Shown in pieces: positions 1-7,269 of a DNA stretch of 43,111 bases. A program made the position numbers and the translations under genes. The first letter of the stretch is position 1; the number at the start of each line of letters is the position of its first letter. The notes under the pieces are model-generated. The model saw only the letters and a program-made list of their open reading frames with translations. It ran no database searches and was not told where the DNA came from. This stretch comes from a virus. Its lineage: Duplodnaviria > Caudoviricetes. The DNA is taken from positions 1 to 43,111 of the IMG/VR virus record IMGVR_UViG_3300020414_000729; one strand, written 5' to 3'.

Positions 1-5
1 TATAT

Positions 6-34
6 AGTATAGGTAGGATGCTAAACGATGCCTA
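6..34 (-). promoter_or_regulatory. Class-1 repeated promoter P1 (TAGGCA-N17-TATACT) within an inverted repeat
   Basis: -10/-35 spacing of 17 nt; inverted repeat AGGATGCTA 15-23 / TAGCATCCT 33-41; same element recurs upstream of many small genes. Confidence 0.8.
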
Positions 35-51
35 GCATCCTCGCTATATTC

Positions 52-453
52 TTAAGCACTAAATGCCCACTTACCTTGGTCAAGAAGGGGTACTTTAAAG
101 TATTCTGTGAGTGCAGACGCACCTAGCGAACCACCGAGGGATAACGCTAAGTAAAAATGCTTGCCACATTTACTATAAGATACTTGTATGATGCTATATG
201 AACCACCGTCTGTGACAGGGAAATAACAGCTATCATAGATAGTATGCCAAGGGGCTAATTGGTCACTCATGACAAACTTATAATGTTCATCATCATGACC
301 GTCACACTCATCGAAATGGAAAAGTATTTTTTCGTCATCACTGACATGACCGAGTACTACATCTAGAATACTTTGAACTCTTGCCTGTTCGGGGTCTGAG
401 TCATCAAAGACACTAGGATCTAGTACGTCTGATTTACTAATAAGATCTAACAT
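52..453 (-). CDS. Hypothetical protein, paralogue of 3703..4083
   Basis: GGAGG RBS; own promoter P2; shared C-terminal motif Y(L/Y)A(L/I)SLxGxxxASALTEY. Confidence 0.8.
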   Translation of the reverse strand: MLDLISKSDVLDPSVFDDSDPEQARVQSILDVVLGHVSDDEKILFHFDECDGHDDEHYKFVMSDQLAPWHTIYDSCYFPVTDGGSYSIIQVSYSKCGKHFYLALSLGGSLGASALTEYFKVPLLDQGKWAFSA

Positions 454-482
454 ATAATCCTCCGTTTTACTTATTAACTACT

Positions 483-511
483 AGTATATAAAGCATCATA
501 AAGGATGCCTA
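483..511 (-). promoter_or_regulatory. Class-1 promoter P2 (TAGGCA-N17-TATACT)
   Basis: Match to the repeated element; followed by AT-rich leader and RBS. Confidence 0.8.
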
Positions 512-535
512 TCTTTCCTCGCTATATTCTTTTAG

Positions 536-1075
536 CTAAAAGAAACTATGCTTGTCTACATTATCTACTAAATAATCTAGACCAAACCCATCAGACAAAA
601 AGCTAAAAGGACGCACTGTATCAGTGGTGACTATTCCCCAGCTGTCAGAAGGTATAAAACCTGAGCCTGTCTGATAATACTGATGCTCCAGCAGGACATA
701 AACCGTATCATCACGAGTTATCTTCCACTCATGTAGACAATCACTAGCCTCTCGATGATACATTCCACTGAATACATCAACGACTTCTTCTGACAACTTT
801 TTACGGTTCTCAGGAGACAGTTCCAGAACTATACGAGCACCTGTTTCTTCACCAAAGCTGGCATACGCTAAAGGTATATCACCAGTAAAGTCTTTGGGAG
901 TAAATTTGCCACCGAATGGATCCATAAAGTCTACAAGATCTTTTTCATCTTGACCAAACAAATCCTCAGGGCTGATCTCATAATAAGTAAGATCGTAAAA
1001 TTGATTATGATTTTCTCTGATAGCTCGCACCACAGGCTTCACATAATCAACATAGTTTTTTAAATTATCAGTCAT
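536..1075 (-). CDS. Hypothetical protein (start revised to MTDNLKN)
   Basis: GGAGG lies just upstream of ATG 1075; acidic 179 aa ORF. Confidence 0.75.
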   Translation of the reverse strand: MTDNLKNYVDYVKPVVRAIRENHNQFYDLTYYEISPEDLFGQDEKDLVDFMDPFGGKFTPKDFTGDIPLAYASFGEETGARIVLELSPENRKKLSEEVVDVFSGMYHREASDCLHEWKITRDDTVYVLLEHQYYQTGSGFIPSDSWGIVTTDTVRPFSFLSDGFGLDYLVDNVDKHSFF

Positions 1076-1105
1076 GATTTCCTCCATTAACTAATTTATA
1101 ACTAA

Positions 1106-1134
1106 AGTATAAGTAAGATCTTAAAGGATGCCTA
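1106..1134 (-). promoter_or_regulatory. Class-1 promoter P3 (TAGGCA-N17-TATACT)
   Basis: Match to the repeated element. Confidence 0.8.
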
Positions 1135-1150
1135 GCATCATCGTTAAGTT

Positions 1151-1354
1151 CTATTTATATTCAGGTCTGTATTTTCTGTTGTAAGCCATTCGGCAACGAT
1201 TGGAACAAAACTTTCTTGAACTTCTTTGAAAAGTCATACGTTCATCACACATCATACAAAACTTTATCTGAGGACATCTTTCCTCCATAAATTTATTATG
1301 ATTTTTTCTGATGGCTAACACCATGGACCTCATGTAATCAACTACTATATTCAT
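1151..1354 (-). CDS. Small zinc-finger protein
   Basis: CMMC...FCSNRCR motif; start overlaps upstream stop (TAATG). Confidence 0.7.
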   Translation of the reverse strand: MNIVVDYMRSMVLAIRKNHNKFMEERCPQIKFCMMCDERMTFQRSSRKFCSNRCRMAYNRKYRPEYK

Positions 1355-1581
1355 TAGCCTATCTCGACTTGGTCAAGAGTAAATCTAGGACCGAGTGACT
1401 CTTTGATATGTTGTACTAGTGTTGACCAGTTTTTTACGTCTTCGCTGGTGATAGTAAAGAAATCTTCTAAACCATTACCTGCTTCATCTTGATAACCGAT
1501 GCTGATTACATCATCGAGAGCAAATTTCCCGTAGCATTCAACATTATCGATTTCTCTATAATGATTATAATTTACATTCAT
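1354..1581 (-). CDS. Hypothetical protein
   Basis: GGAGGAG RBS; promoter P4. Confidence 0.75.
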   Translation of the reverse strand: MNVNYNHYREIDNVECYGKFALDDVISIGYQDEAGNGLEDFFTITSEDVKNWSTLVQHIKESLGPRFTLDQVEIG

Positions 1582-1614
1582 AACTCCTCCGTTCTAAGTA
1601 AATTAATATAATTA

Positions 1615-1643
1615 AGTATAGGTAAGATGCTAAGTGATCCCTA
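1615..1643 (-). promoter_or_regulatory. Class-1 promoter P4 (TAGGGA-N17-TATACT)
   Basis: Match to the element; inverted repeat AAGATGCTA 1624-1632 / TAGCATCTT 1642-1650. Confidence 0.8.
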
Positions 1644-1660
1644 GCATCTTCCCTATATTC

Positions 1661-1996
1661 CTAGGCAGGAATTAACTTGACATGTTCATATGAATACCAG
1701 TAATAATCCCCAGTTTCAAGACATATAAGTAGAGGTTCGAGAGCGAAAGACTCCCAGTTTTCTACAATCCTACTCTCAGTGAGCTTATTAGGACCATGCC
1801 TCTTAGGATTATCCTCGATCAATCTATAATCGGTAAATCTTGGCTCTACGATTTTCTGCCAGAGTTTACTATAAAGATCAAGGATAGGTTCAATATTTTT
1901 GAAATCTGTGACACACACAAATTCTTTATATTGGTAAGGATTTGGTGCTTGTTCATGAGGATGACAGAGCCACATTTCGTATAAACGATCTTCCAT
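1661..1996 (-). CDS. Hypothetical protein
   Basis: AAGGAG RBS; promoter P5. Confidence 0.75.
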   Translation of the reverse strand: MEDRLYEMWLCHPHEQAPNPYQYKEFVCVTDFKNIEPILDLYSKLWQKIVEPRFTDYRLIEDNPKRHGPNKLTESRIVENWESFALEPLLICLETGDYYWYSYEHVKLIPA

Positions 1997-2025
1997 AAGA
2001 CTACTCCTTTATTTATTAATAGCTA

Positions 2026-2054
2026 ATTATAGTAAAGATGCTAGGTGATCCCTA
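2026..2054 (-). promoter_or_regulatory. Class-1 promoter P5 (TAGGGA-N17-TATAAT)
   Basis: Consensus -10; inverted repeats GATGCTAGG/CCTAGCATC and ATTATAGT/ACTATAAT spanning 2026-2070. Confidence 0.8.
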
Positions 2055-2081
2055 GCATCCTCACTATAATGGTTAGTTAGT

Positions 2082-2294
2082 TTATCTTGCTACAAAGTCT
2101 TTATCGATGAGATCATCCGTACCTACTCTTCCCCACAACTCTAAACCTAGCCTGATGTAGACAGACTCGAGCTTTGCGTCGCCGAGAACTTTAGTATAGA
2201 CTTGCTCTTCAGGTGTGCCTTCTTTGTAGACCAGGAACCTAGTAGCAGGGTCGATTGACCAACCCTGCTGTTTGAATCTTTCAGCTTCCCGCAT
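2082..2294 (-). CDS. Hypothetical protein
   Basis: Overlaps upstream ORF end, GGAAG RBS-like sequence. Confidence 0.65.
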   Translation of the reverse strand: MREAERFKQQGWSIDPATRFLVYKEGTPEEQVYTKVLGDAKLESVYIRLGLELWGRVGTDDLIDKDFVAR

Positions 2295-2508
2295 CTTCTT
2301 CCACCTTAGTAGTTAATATCTCTACATCGCCCAGAACGTTTGACACATTGTTGATATGACCCAAATCACTTATAGGTAGGTCATAATCTTTGACAATGGT
2401 GGTAAACTTATCACGAGCGTGCATGATATCGATTAAACATTCCCTTAACTGTTCGCAAATTTTTAACTTCGCTAGGTCAGTTAAACCTTCTTTAAACTCT
2501 TCGTTCAT
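2281..2508 (-). CDS. Hypothetical protein
   Basis: GAGGAGG RBS; promoter P6. Confidence 0.75.
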   Translation of the reverse strand: MNEEFKEGLTDLAKLKICEQLRECLIDIMHARDKFTTIVKDYDLPISDLGHINNVSNVLGDVEILTTKVEEDAGS

Positions 2509-2546
2509 TTTAACCCTCCTCGGTTGTACGTTAAGTTAATAATTAA

Positions 2547-2575
2547 AGTATAGTAAACATCATTTAAGATGCCTA
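2547..2575 (-). promoter_or_regulatory. Class-1 promoter P6 (TAGGCA-N17-TATACT)
   Basis: Match to the element; the TAG of the -35 box is also the stop codon of ORF 2573..2911. Confidence 0.8.
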
Positions 2576-2911
2576 TACTTCGTCGCTATCTTCTTTTAGG
2601 TAAATTTCTACAGTACCGAAGGCACACGTGCCACCAGGAGAGACTACTTCCTCACGGGAATCAACACATAGGAATTTATACCTATTAGTCTCAAAGATGA
2701 GTAAAGTTTTGTTGTCAACACCACCGTCACCATATTTGAACTTACCTAGCTCTTGAGTCATAGTAAGGGTGGCATGTTCATGGAGTGACTCTATGAAGCA
2801 CCCACCGTCCTCACCATCATAAGCGTAAGTTCCGTTATAACTTAAAAGCGTATCACGACCGAAACATACATCTAAATGTTCCTCTAATTGTTTTACATTA
2901 TCAAACCACAT
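2573..2911 (-). CDS. Hypothetical protein
   Basis: AAGGAG RBS; promoter P7. Confidence 0.75.
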   Translation of the reverse strand: MWFDNVKQLEEHLDVCFGRDTLLSYNGTYAYDGEDGGCFIESLHEHATLTMTQELGKFKYGDGGVDNKTLLIFETNRYKFLCVDSREEVVSPGGTCAFGTVEIYLKEDSDEV

Positions 2912-2938
2912 GATTAACTCCTTTATTTAATATAATTT

Positions 2939-2967
2939 AGTATAGTAAACATCATATTCAATCCCTA
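2939..2967 (-). promoter_or_regulatory. Class-1 promoter P7 (TAGGGA-N17-TATACT)
   Basis: Match to the repeated element. Confidence 0.75.
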
Positions 2968-3044
2968 TCTTCTTCTTAAATTTTTTAAGCTAAATCGAGC
3001 CCTTTCGAGCGTAGGAAAATTAAAGGTATAGTTAGGTACTATAA

Positions 3045-3081
3045 ATAAAGAAAAGGCTTAATCGAGCGTTGATTAAGCCTT
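3045..3081 (-). terminator. Intrinsic terminator downstream of 3107..3508
   Basis: 11-bp stem AAGGCTTAATC 3053-3063 / GATTAAGCCTT 3071-3081 followed by a U-rich tract on the minus strand. Confidence 0.7.
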
Positions 3082-3106
3082 ATTCTAACTTGAAGAGTTA
3101 AGCTAC

Positions 3107-3508
3107 CTAGTAGCTATTTAAGAGTTTATTTAGAGCCATGTCGAATTTAGTAGACATCTTCACTTTATCACCTGTATCTTTTTCTAACTGACGCACTTCA
3201 TAAAGATGTTCACTCCTTTGACCATCAGTAAGTTTGAGTAGAACAGATTGATATTGCCTATTATTTTCTTCTGACACTTCGGTGAGTGGGTATAGGTTTA
3301 CAAGACCATAGGTAAGTTTAGCTAGATCATAACCACTATCTATATAACCTCTTTTGATAAGATGTTCCCGTAAGTCTCTCAACTCACTGGCTCTTTCTAA
3401 ATCTACCTCTGAGTCACGGTGCCAATAATAACTATTGACTTCTTCGGCTACTTTCTGCAAGATACCTTGTACAGCGTTTATGTCTGATTGATTATCAAAT
3501 ACTATCAT
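3107..3508 (-). CDS. Hypothetical protein
   Basis: 133 aa ORF, ATGA-coupled to the upstream small ORF. Confidence 0.75.
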   Translation of the reverse strand: MIVFDNQSDINAVQGILQKVAEEVNSYYWHRDSEVDLERASELRDLREHLIKRGYIDSGYDLAKLTYGLVNLYPLTEVSEENNRQYQSVLLKLTDGQRSEHLYEVRQLEKDTGDKVKMSTKFDMALNKLLNSY

Positions 3509-3636
3509 AGCACTTGTCCCAGTTCATGTAGCTCATCGAGAAGTTTCTTTTGAGCAGTCACTGCTTTTTGTATCTTCTTGAGGTTTTTACGATTACCTAC
3601 ATGCTCTATATGTTTGATTATAGTTTCTGTTTTCAT
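3505..3636 (-). CDS. Small hypothetical protein, 43 aa (MKTETIIKHIEHVGNRKNLKK...), not in ORF track
   Basis: AAGGAG RBS, directly downstream of P8, ATGA overlap with next gene. Confidence 0.7.
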   Translation of the reverse strand: MKTETIIKHIEHVGNRKNLKKIQKAVTAQKKLLDELHELGQVL

Positions 3637-3664
3637 ATTGCTCCTTAATAAAATTAATATATAA

Positions 3665-3693
3665 AGTATAGTAAGGATCACTAACGATCCCTA
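3665..3693 (-). promoter_or_regulatory. Class-1 promoter P8 (TAGGGA-N17-TATACT)
   Basis: Match to the element; nearly identical to P9. Confidence 0.8.
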
Positions 3694-3702
3694 GGATAAC
3701 TC

Positions 3703-4083
3703 TTAATGTTCTTTAGACACCCTCACATATTCAGTAAGAGCAGACGCAAAGCTACAACCATGCAGACTAATGGCATAATAAGTATAGTCTTCGGTTGAGG
3801 CAGTTTTAATGATGTTATATTCACCAGACACATAATAGAAATCAAGAGGAGTATAGTAAACATCCCTAAACTTAAGATCCTCTAACTCTTCTGGCTTGTC
3901 ATGCTCATGAATTTCACTAAAGTAATAACCATATCCTCCAGGAATAAATAGTTTAAGCATATCTTGAAGAATATCCTGTTCTAGTTTAGCGTGACCTTCG
4001 TTGTGCATCCAGTTCTCCTTCATGAAGATACCAGTTCTAGAACAGGCAGGTATTATTTCCCAACCATCTATAATTTTATTCAT
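3703..4083 (-). CDS. Hypothetical protein, paralogue of 52..453 (start revised to MNKIIDG)
   Basis: Track start at 4155 lies upstream of promoter P9; GGAGG precedes ATG 4083. Confidence 0.8.
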   Translation of the reverse strand: MNKIIDGWEIIPACSRTGIFMKENWMHNEGHAKLEQDILQDMLKLFIPGGYGYYFSEIHEHDKPEELEDLKFRDVYYTPLDFYYVSGEYNIIKTASTEDYTYYAISLHGCSFASALTEYVRVSKEH

Positions 4084-4116
4084 AATGTTTTCCTCCATTA
4101 AATTATTTATATATAA

Positions 4117-4145
4117 AGTATAGTAGGGATCACTAACGATCCCTA
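4117..4145 (-). promoter_or_regulatory. Class-1 promoter P9 (TAGGGA-N17-TATACT)
   Basis: Match to the element; inverted repeat GTAGGGATC/GATCCCTAC. Confidence 0.8.
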
Positions 4146-4151
4146 CCATGA

Positions 4152-4334
4152 TCAAGTATTTTTATTAAACCTTTGATCATACATGTGGCAGATAATAATG
4201 TTCTCCATGTTTTCCTCTTCTAAAACAGGATAAAGTTTGTTCCTTATCAGATAGAGAGTTTTATCATGAGCAGACATTTTATAGTACTCGTCAAGCACTT
4301 GATCCGCCACTGTATCATTTACTGGGTGTGACAT
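4152..4334 (-). CDS. Hypothetical protein
   Basis: TAATG-coupled to upstream ORF. Confidence 0.65.
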   Translation of the reverse strand: MSHPVNDTVADQVLDEYYKMSAHDKTLYLIRNKLYPVLEEENMENIIICHMYDQRFNKNT

Positions 4335-4501
4335 TATTTAGTATCCTTCCACGCTATGAATATTTTAAGAGCTTCACCTTTTGGCAAGTCAAAGCACTCT
4401 CTTAACATCATAGGGGCTTGGAACATATTTGATCCACCCGAGTCCATCATGTCATCCAAAAAGTCAAAATACTCTTGGTTTTCATTTTTTGATTTACTCA
4501 T
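4334..4501 (-). CDS. Small phage protein, 55 aa (MSKSKNENQEYFDFLDDMMDSGGSNMFQAP...), not in ORF track
   Basis: Fills the gap between two genes exactly; SGxxNMF motif recalls small DUF5049-like phage proteins. Confidence 0.7.
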   Translation of the reverse strand: MSKSKNENQEYFDFLDDMMDSGGSNMFQAPMMLRECFDLPKGEALKIFIAWKDTK

Positions 4502-4502
4502 A

Positions 4503-4913
4503 CTACCACCACGACTCCATTACGCAATTATGCTCTGCTGCCACCTCGAACAAAGTTGCTAGGTCTTTGATTTCTTTGACCCTATAGTCATAAGTGCCTC
4601 TACTACTAGGAGTAGACCACTCAAACCTATGATCATCAGGTAAATCATTTAAACCCTTATCTTCTAAATACTCCCGCAAGAGTAAACTATATACTCGCAA
4701 CTCATCAGTTTGTATAACTTCGTCTTTATCTAAATGCCAGAAACCTGGACTTGACGCAGTTAAATGAGCTACGAACTCTTCATAGCAACCACCTCTAAAC
4801 GAGCCATTACCATGACCACTAAACATCCCTCCTACGAGGGTAAGATCTTCGAGACGTTCGTCTTTAAATACTTCGTCACGATTACCTTTCATTACATAAC
4901 AATCTAAACCCAT
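4503..4913 (-). CDS. Hypothetical phage protein of the 'MGLDxY' type (start revised)
   Basis: AGGAGGT RBS before ATG 4913; N-terminal MGLDCY. Confidence 0.75.
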   Translation of the reverse strand: MGLDCYVMKGNRDEVFKDERLEDLTLVGGMFSGHGNGSFRGGCYEEFVAHLTASSPGFWHLDKDEVIQTDELRVYSLLLREYLEDKGLNDLPDDHRFEWSTPSSRGTYDYRVKEIKDLATLFEVAAEHNCVMESWW

Positions 4914-4921
4914 GATACCTC

Positions 4922-5182
4922 CTACCACTGTGAGCGAACAATCAAAGAATGTTCTTTGTTATCTACTATTTTATAAGCAAAGATGTTAGTACGCTTTTGA
5001 TCATTGTACACAGCATCTTTTGCACCTTGGTGAGTAATTGACGACATGTATAAACTCCAAGGTTCATCATCTCTTGCGTCAGCACCCACATATTGCCTGA
5101 AAACCCTAAACCTAAGTACTGTTTCTAAGTACTCAGTCTCAGGGTCGTGTTCAGGGACTTCTAAATCATCTATATTGACCAT
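4922..5182 (-). CDS. Hypothetical protein (probable start MVNIDDL)
   Basis: ATG 1 nt after the upstream stop; contiguous operon. Confidence 0.7.
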   Translation of the reverse strand: MVNIDDLEVPEHDPETEYLETVLRFRVFRQYVGADARDDEPWSLYMSSITHQGAKDAVYNDQKRTNIFAYKIVDNKEHSLIVRSQW

Positions 5183-5183
5183 A

Positions 5184-5312
5184 TTACTTACCAATATATT
5201 TGATATCTTTTTTAGGGATCACCTGATAAGCTCCCTTATTATACGCAGGGGCAATAGTGTATTGACTACTGATGCGCCTACGCTCCTCAGGTGTTAAAGT
5301 TTTATTTTTCAT
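5184..5312 (-). CDS. Small basic protein, 42 aa (..TIAPAYNKGAYQVI..), not in ORF track
   Basis: GGAG RBS, directly downstream of P10; fills the gap. Confidence 0.7.
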   Translation of the reverse strand: MKNKTLTPEERRRISSQYTIAPAYNKGAYQVIPKKDIKYIGK

Positions 5313-5344
5313 ATCTTCTCCATGTATAAAAAACTAATATATAA

Positions 5345-5373
5345 AGTATATTAATGATCAAGTTTGATGCCTA
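5345..5373 (-). promoter_or_regulatory. Class-1 promoter P10 (TAGGCA-N17-TATACT)
   Basis: Match to the element; overlaps 3' end of ORF 5351..5599. Confidence 0.75.
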
Positions 5374-5599
5374 GGATATTTCCCTTTGATCTTTTACAAC
5401 TTTTACAAGTATGTATCACTGATTCTTTACCTCTATCTATAACTGTATAGCCGTTAGAATATTTGATTTTGATTTTACTTTGATCAGTGAAAAGTTTTTG
5501 ATACTCTGTTTTTAAATTCTTGTGACCTTGATACTCCCCAAAGTTCACTTCCTGTTTGCATTTATCACAAAACTTTACATTGTATTCTTTTGATGACAT
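5351..5599 (-). CDS. Small zinc-ribbon protein
   Basis: CDKC...CKSC; AGGAG RBS. Confidence 0.7.
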   Translation of the reverse strand: MSSKEYNVKFCDKCKQEVNFGEYQGHKNLKTEYQKLFTDQSKIKIKYSNGYTVIDRGKESVIHTCKSCKRSKGNILGIKLDH

Positions 5600-5613
5600 T
5601 TAATTCTCCTATG

Positions 5614-5674
5614 TGTAGAGTGCTGGACGAGGGAGGAGAATCATCTTTTTGGGAGAGATCGTCCAGCACCTACA
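5614..5674 (-). ncRNA. Candidate structured RNA: hairpin with anti-SD loop
   Basis: 11-bp perfect stem 5620-5630/5659-5669 plus 5 bp after a bulge; minus-strand loop contains UCUCUCCC and AUUCUCCUCCC; strand is inferred. Confidence 0.45.
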
Positions 5675-5709
5675 AGTAATATAACTCAACGAGTCATATA
5701 CGACTAGAT

Positions 5710-6027
5710 TTATTTTGAAAGTTTTTCTACTATCTCGATAAATCCACGGTCGACATCGTATTTGATGTCTTGGTAAGCGTACCTGCGTGACTCAAGTGCT
5801 TCACGTACAGTCTTCTTATTGAAGTCTAGCACACGCTCTTGATTATGTGTCACTCTAGGTATTTTACCAGTTGTGACTATAAAGTGGTCAGGATTATACT
5901 TTCCTGGCTTTATAACCTTCTCACCAGACTTAGCAATCTCTGCTAGGTTGGTTGCTACAGCTAACTTCATGTTAGCTACCTTTTTAGTTGCGACAGGCTT
6001 AGCTGTCTTCTTAACACTTTTCTTCAT
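5710..6027 (-). CDS. Basic putative DNA-binding protein
   Basis: Lys-rich N-terminus; C-terminal TVxExL...DIKYDV motif shared with 9279..9839. Confidence 0.7.
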   Translation of the reverse strand: MKKSVKKTAKPVATKKVANMKLAVATNLAEIAKSGEKVIKPGKYNPDHFIVTTGKIPRVTHNQERVLDFNKKTVREALESRRYAYQDIKYDVDRGFIEIVEKLSK

Positions 6028-6069
6028 ATCTGCTCCTAAGTTTTGAGTTATTAATTAAAAAGTTAAGTA

Positions 6070-6098
6070 AGCATAACTTATTGGATATAGAAAGTAAA
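6070..6098 (-). promoter_or_regulatory. Class-2 promoter (TTTACT-N17-TATGCT)
   Basis: Identical hexamers and spacing at 9861-9889 and 24252-24280. Confidence 0.7.
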
Positions 6099-6126
6099 GC
6101 TCGATCATAATATGATGGTTATCTTG

Positions 6127-6213
6127 TTAAACTAAATATATTTCTAGATTATACACCAAGATAATAAGACATATCCCCATAATAAATATGATAACATCTT
6201 TTATATCTATCAT
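6127..6213 (-). CDS. Putative 28 aa single-TM peptide (MIDIKDVIIFIMGICLIILVYNLEIYLV)
   Basis: ATGA-coupled to upstream ORF; hydrophobic. Confidence 0.45.
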   Translation of the reverse strand: MIDIKDVIIFIMGICLIILVYNLEIYLV

Positions 6214-6359
6214 CTTCCTTGCCCTCTATACGCTTTGTAAGACCTTCTCCTATTTTTATTCATAGTCGAGAAAGCTACATTACGTCTTCCTTGTGAAGTT
6301 TTTTTACCACGTGATCCGCACTTCGGCACATGGGCAGTAGTTCCTAATCTTATTTTCAT
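6210..6359 (-). CDS. Arg/Lys-rich 49 aa protein ending KAYRGQGR
   Basis: GAGG RBS, ATGA overlaps at both ends; KKTSQG...YRGQG pattern. Confidence 0.7.
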   Translation of the reverse strand: MKIRLGTTAHVPKCGSRGKKTSQGRRNVAFSTMNKNRRRSYKAYRGQGR

Positions 6360-6502
6360 ATCTCTTCCTCCTCAATCATGATTTCGGTTAGTTCTTTATC
6401 TGAGTAATTATATGCACAGCTCATGCATAATTCAAACCCTGCTTGATTTTGTATTGACCTTTCATCAACACTCTTATGGCACATTTGACATCGATCACTC
6501 AT
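6356..6502 (-). CDS. 48 aa zinc-finger protein (CQMC...CMSC)
   Basis: ATGA overlaps at both ends. Confidence 0.65.
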   Translation of the reverse strand: MSDRCQMCHKSVDERSIQNQAGFELCMSCAYNYSDKELTEIMIEEEEI

Positions 6503-7008
6503 AGGTACTTACTCTTTATAGTATCGGTAGCTGTACATTTTTCACATAGAAACAAGCCATGCTCTTTAACTACAGCTGGTGCGTCACAGTTATCACAGTA
6601 CATTTGGGTGTTGTTCATATAGTCCTCAATACGTTTTACTAGTATTTTAGCACGTTTATTACGACCCCACGCTCCAGTTTTAAAAGGTAAATCTAGAGCT
6701 TTACATATTTCAGTGAGAAATTCCATATTATTTACGGCTATAACTTCATCCATAGGCTTATCATCTTTACCATATATCACACCGTTAAACAGTGCGAACA
6801 TATCGAGATAATTACTTTTGTGAGTTTTCGTGACATGTTCGACAAACCTGTCTGGTACACCTACTTTCCTAAAAAAGCTAGGGTGGAAAAAGCCGTAGCC
6901 ATCAGCTACGACACACTCCTGTGCCCAGTCATAGATAGATCGTTTTACATCACGAGCCATAAAATAATATTCAACATCATCACTAGTATTTAAGTTTTTA
7001 TATTTCAT
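6499..7008 (-). CDS. Hypothetical protein with C-terminal zinc ribbon
   Basis: CDNC...CEKC; AAGGAG RBS. Confidence 0.75.
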   Translation of the reverse strand: MKYKNLNTSDDVEYYFMARDVKRSIYDWAQECVVADGYGFFHPSFFRKVGVPDRFVEHVTKTHKSNYLDMFALFNGVIYGKDDKPMDEVIAVNNMEFLTEICKALDLPFKTGAWGRNKRAKILVKRIEDYMNNTQMYCDNCDAPAVVKEHGLFLCEKCTATDTIKSKYL

Positions 7009-7032
7009 ATTACTCCTTATTAATAAACCTTT

Positions 7033-7061
7033 ATTTTAGTAAACATCAAAATGAGATAAAA
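7033..7061 (-). promoter_or_regulatory. Degenerate class-1-like promoter P11
   Basis: TAAAAT -10 and spacer GTAAACATCA shared with P6/P7; -35 is divergent. Confidence 0.5.
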
Positions 7062-7064
7062 GCA

Positions 7065-7223
7065 TCAATCCTTTTTCTTCATTTTTCTCTTATATTCATC
7101 ACGCATTATCATTGTTATTTCTGTCATGTTTTCAACAGTATATGGTACATCCCCTAAAAATTCATAAGACATATCAGGCAGTTCCGTAGAGCCCCTGTAT
7201 CTTTTATTTCTTGACTTAGCCAT
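7065..7223 (-). CDS. Small hypothetical protein, 52 aa (MAKSRNKRYRGSTELP...), not in ORF track
   Basis: Open frame fills the gap; weak RBS. Confidence 0.55.
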   Translation of the reverse strand: MAKSRNKRYRGSTELPDMSYEFLGDVPYTVENMTEITMIMRDEYKRKMKKKD

Positions 7224-7269
7224 TAGTTGACCTGCTGTGTAAGATTAACTGCCTTATATGTACCCAATT

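Noticed and set aside
2993-3069. Three TCGAGC copies near the terminator
   Set aside because: Too short and too few to separate from chance; one lies in the terminator stem-loop.
1-5380. Repeats as integron attC sites
   Set aside because: No consistent RYYYAAC/GTTRRRY ends and no tyrosine recombinase in the window; several copies lack dyad symmetry but keep the promoter hexamers.
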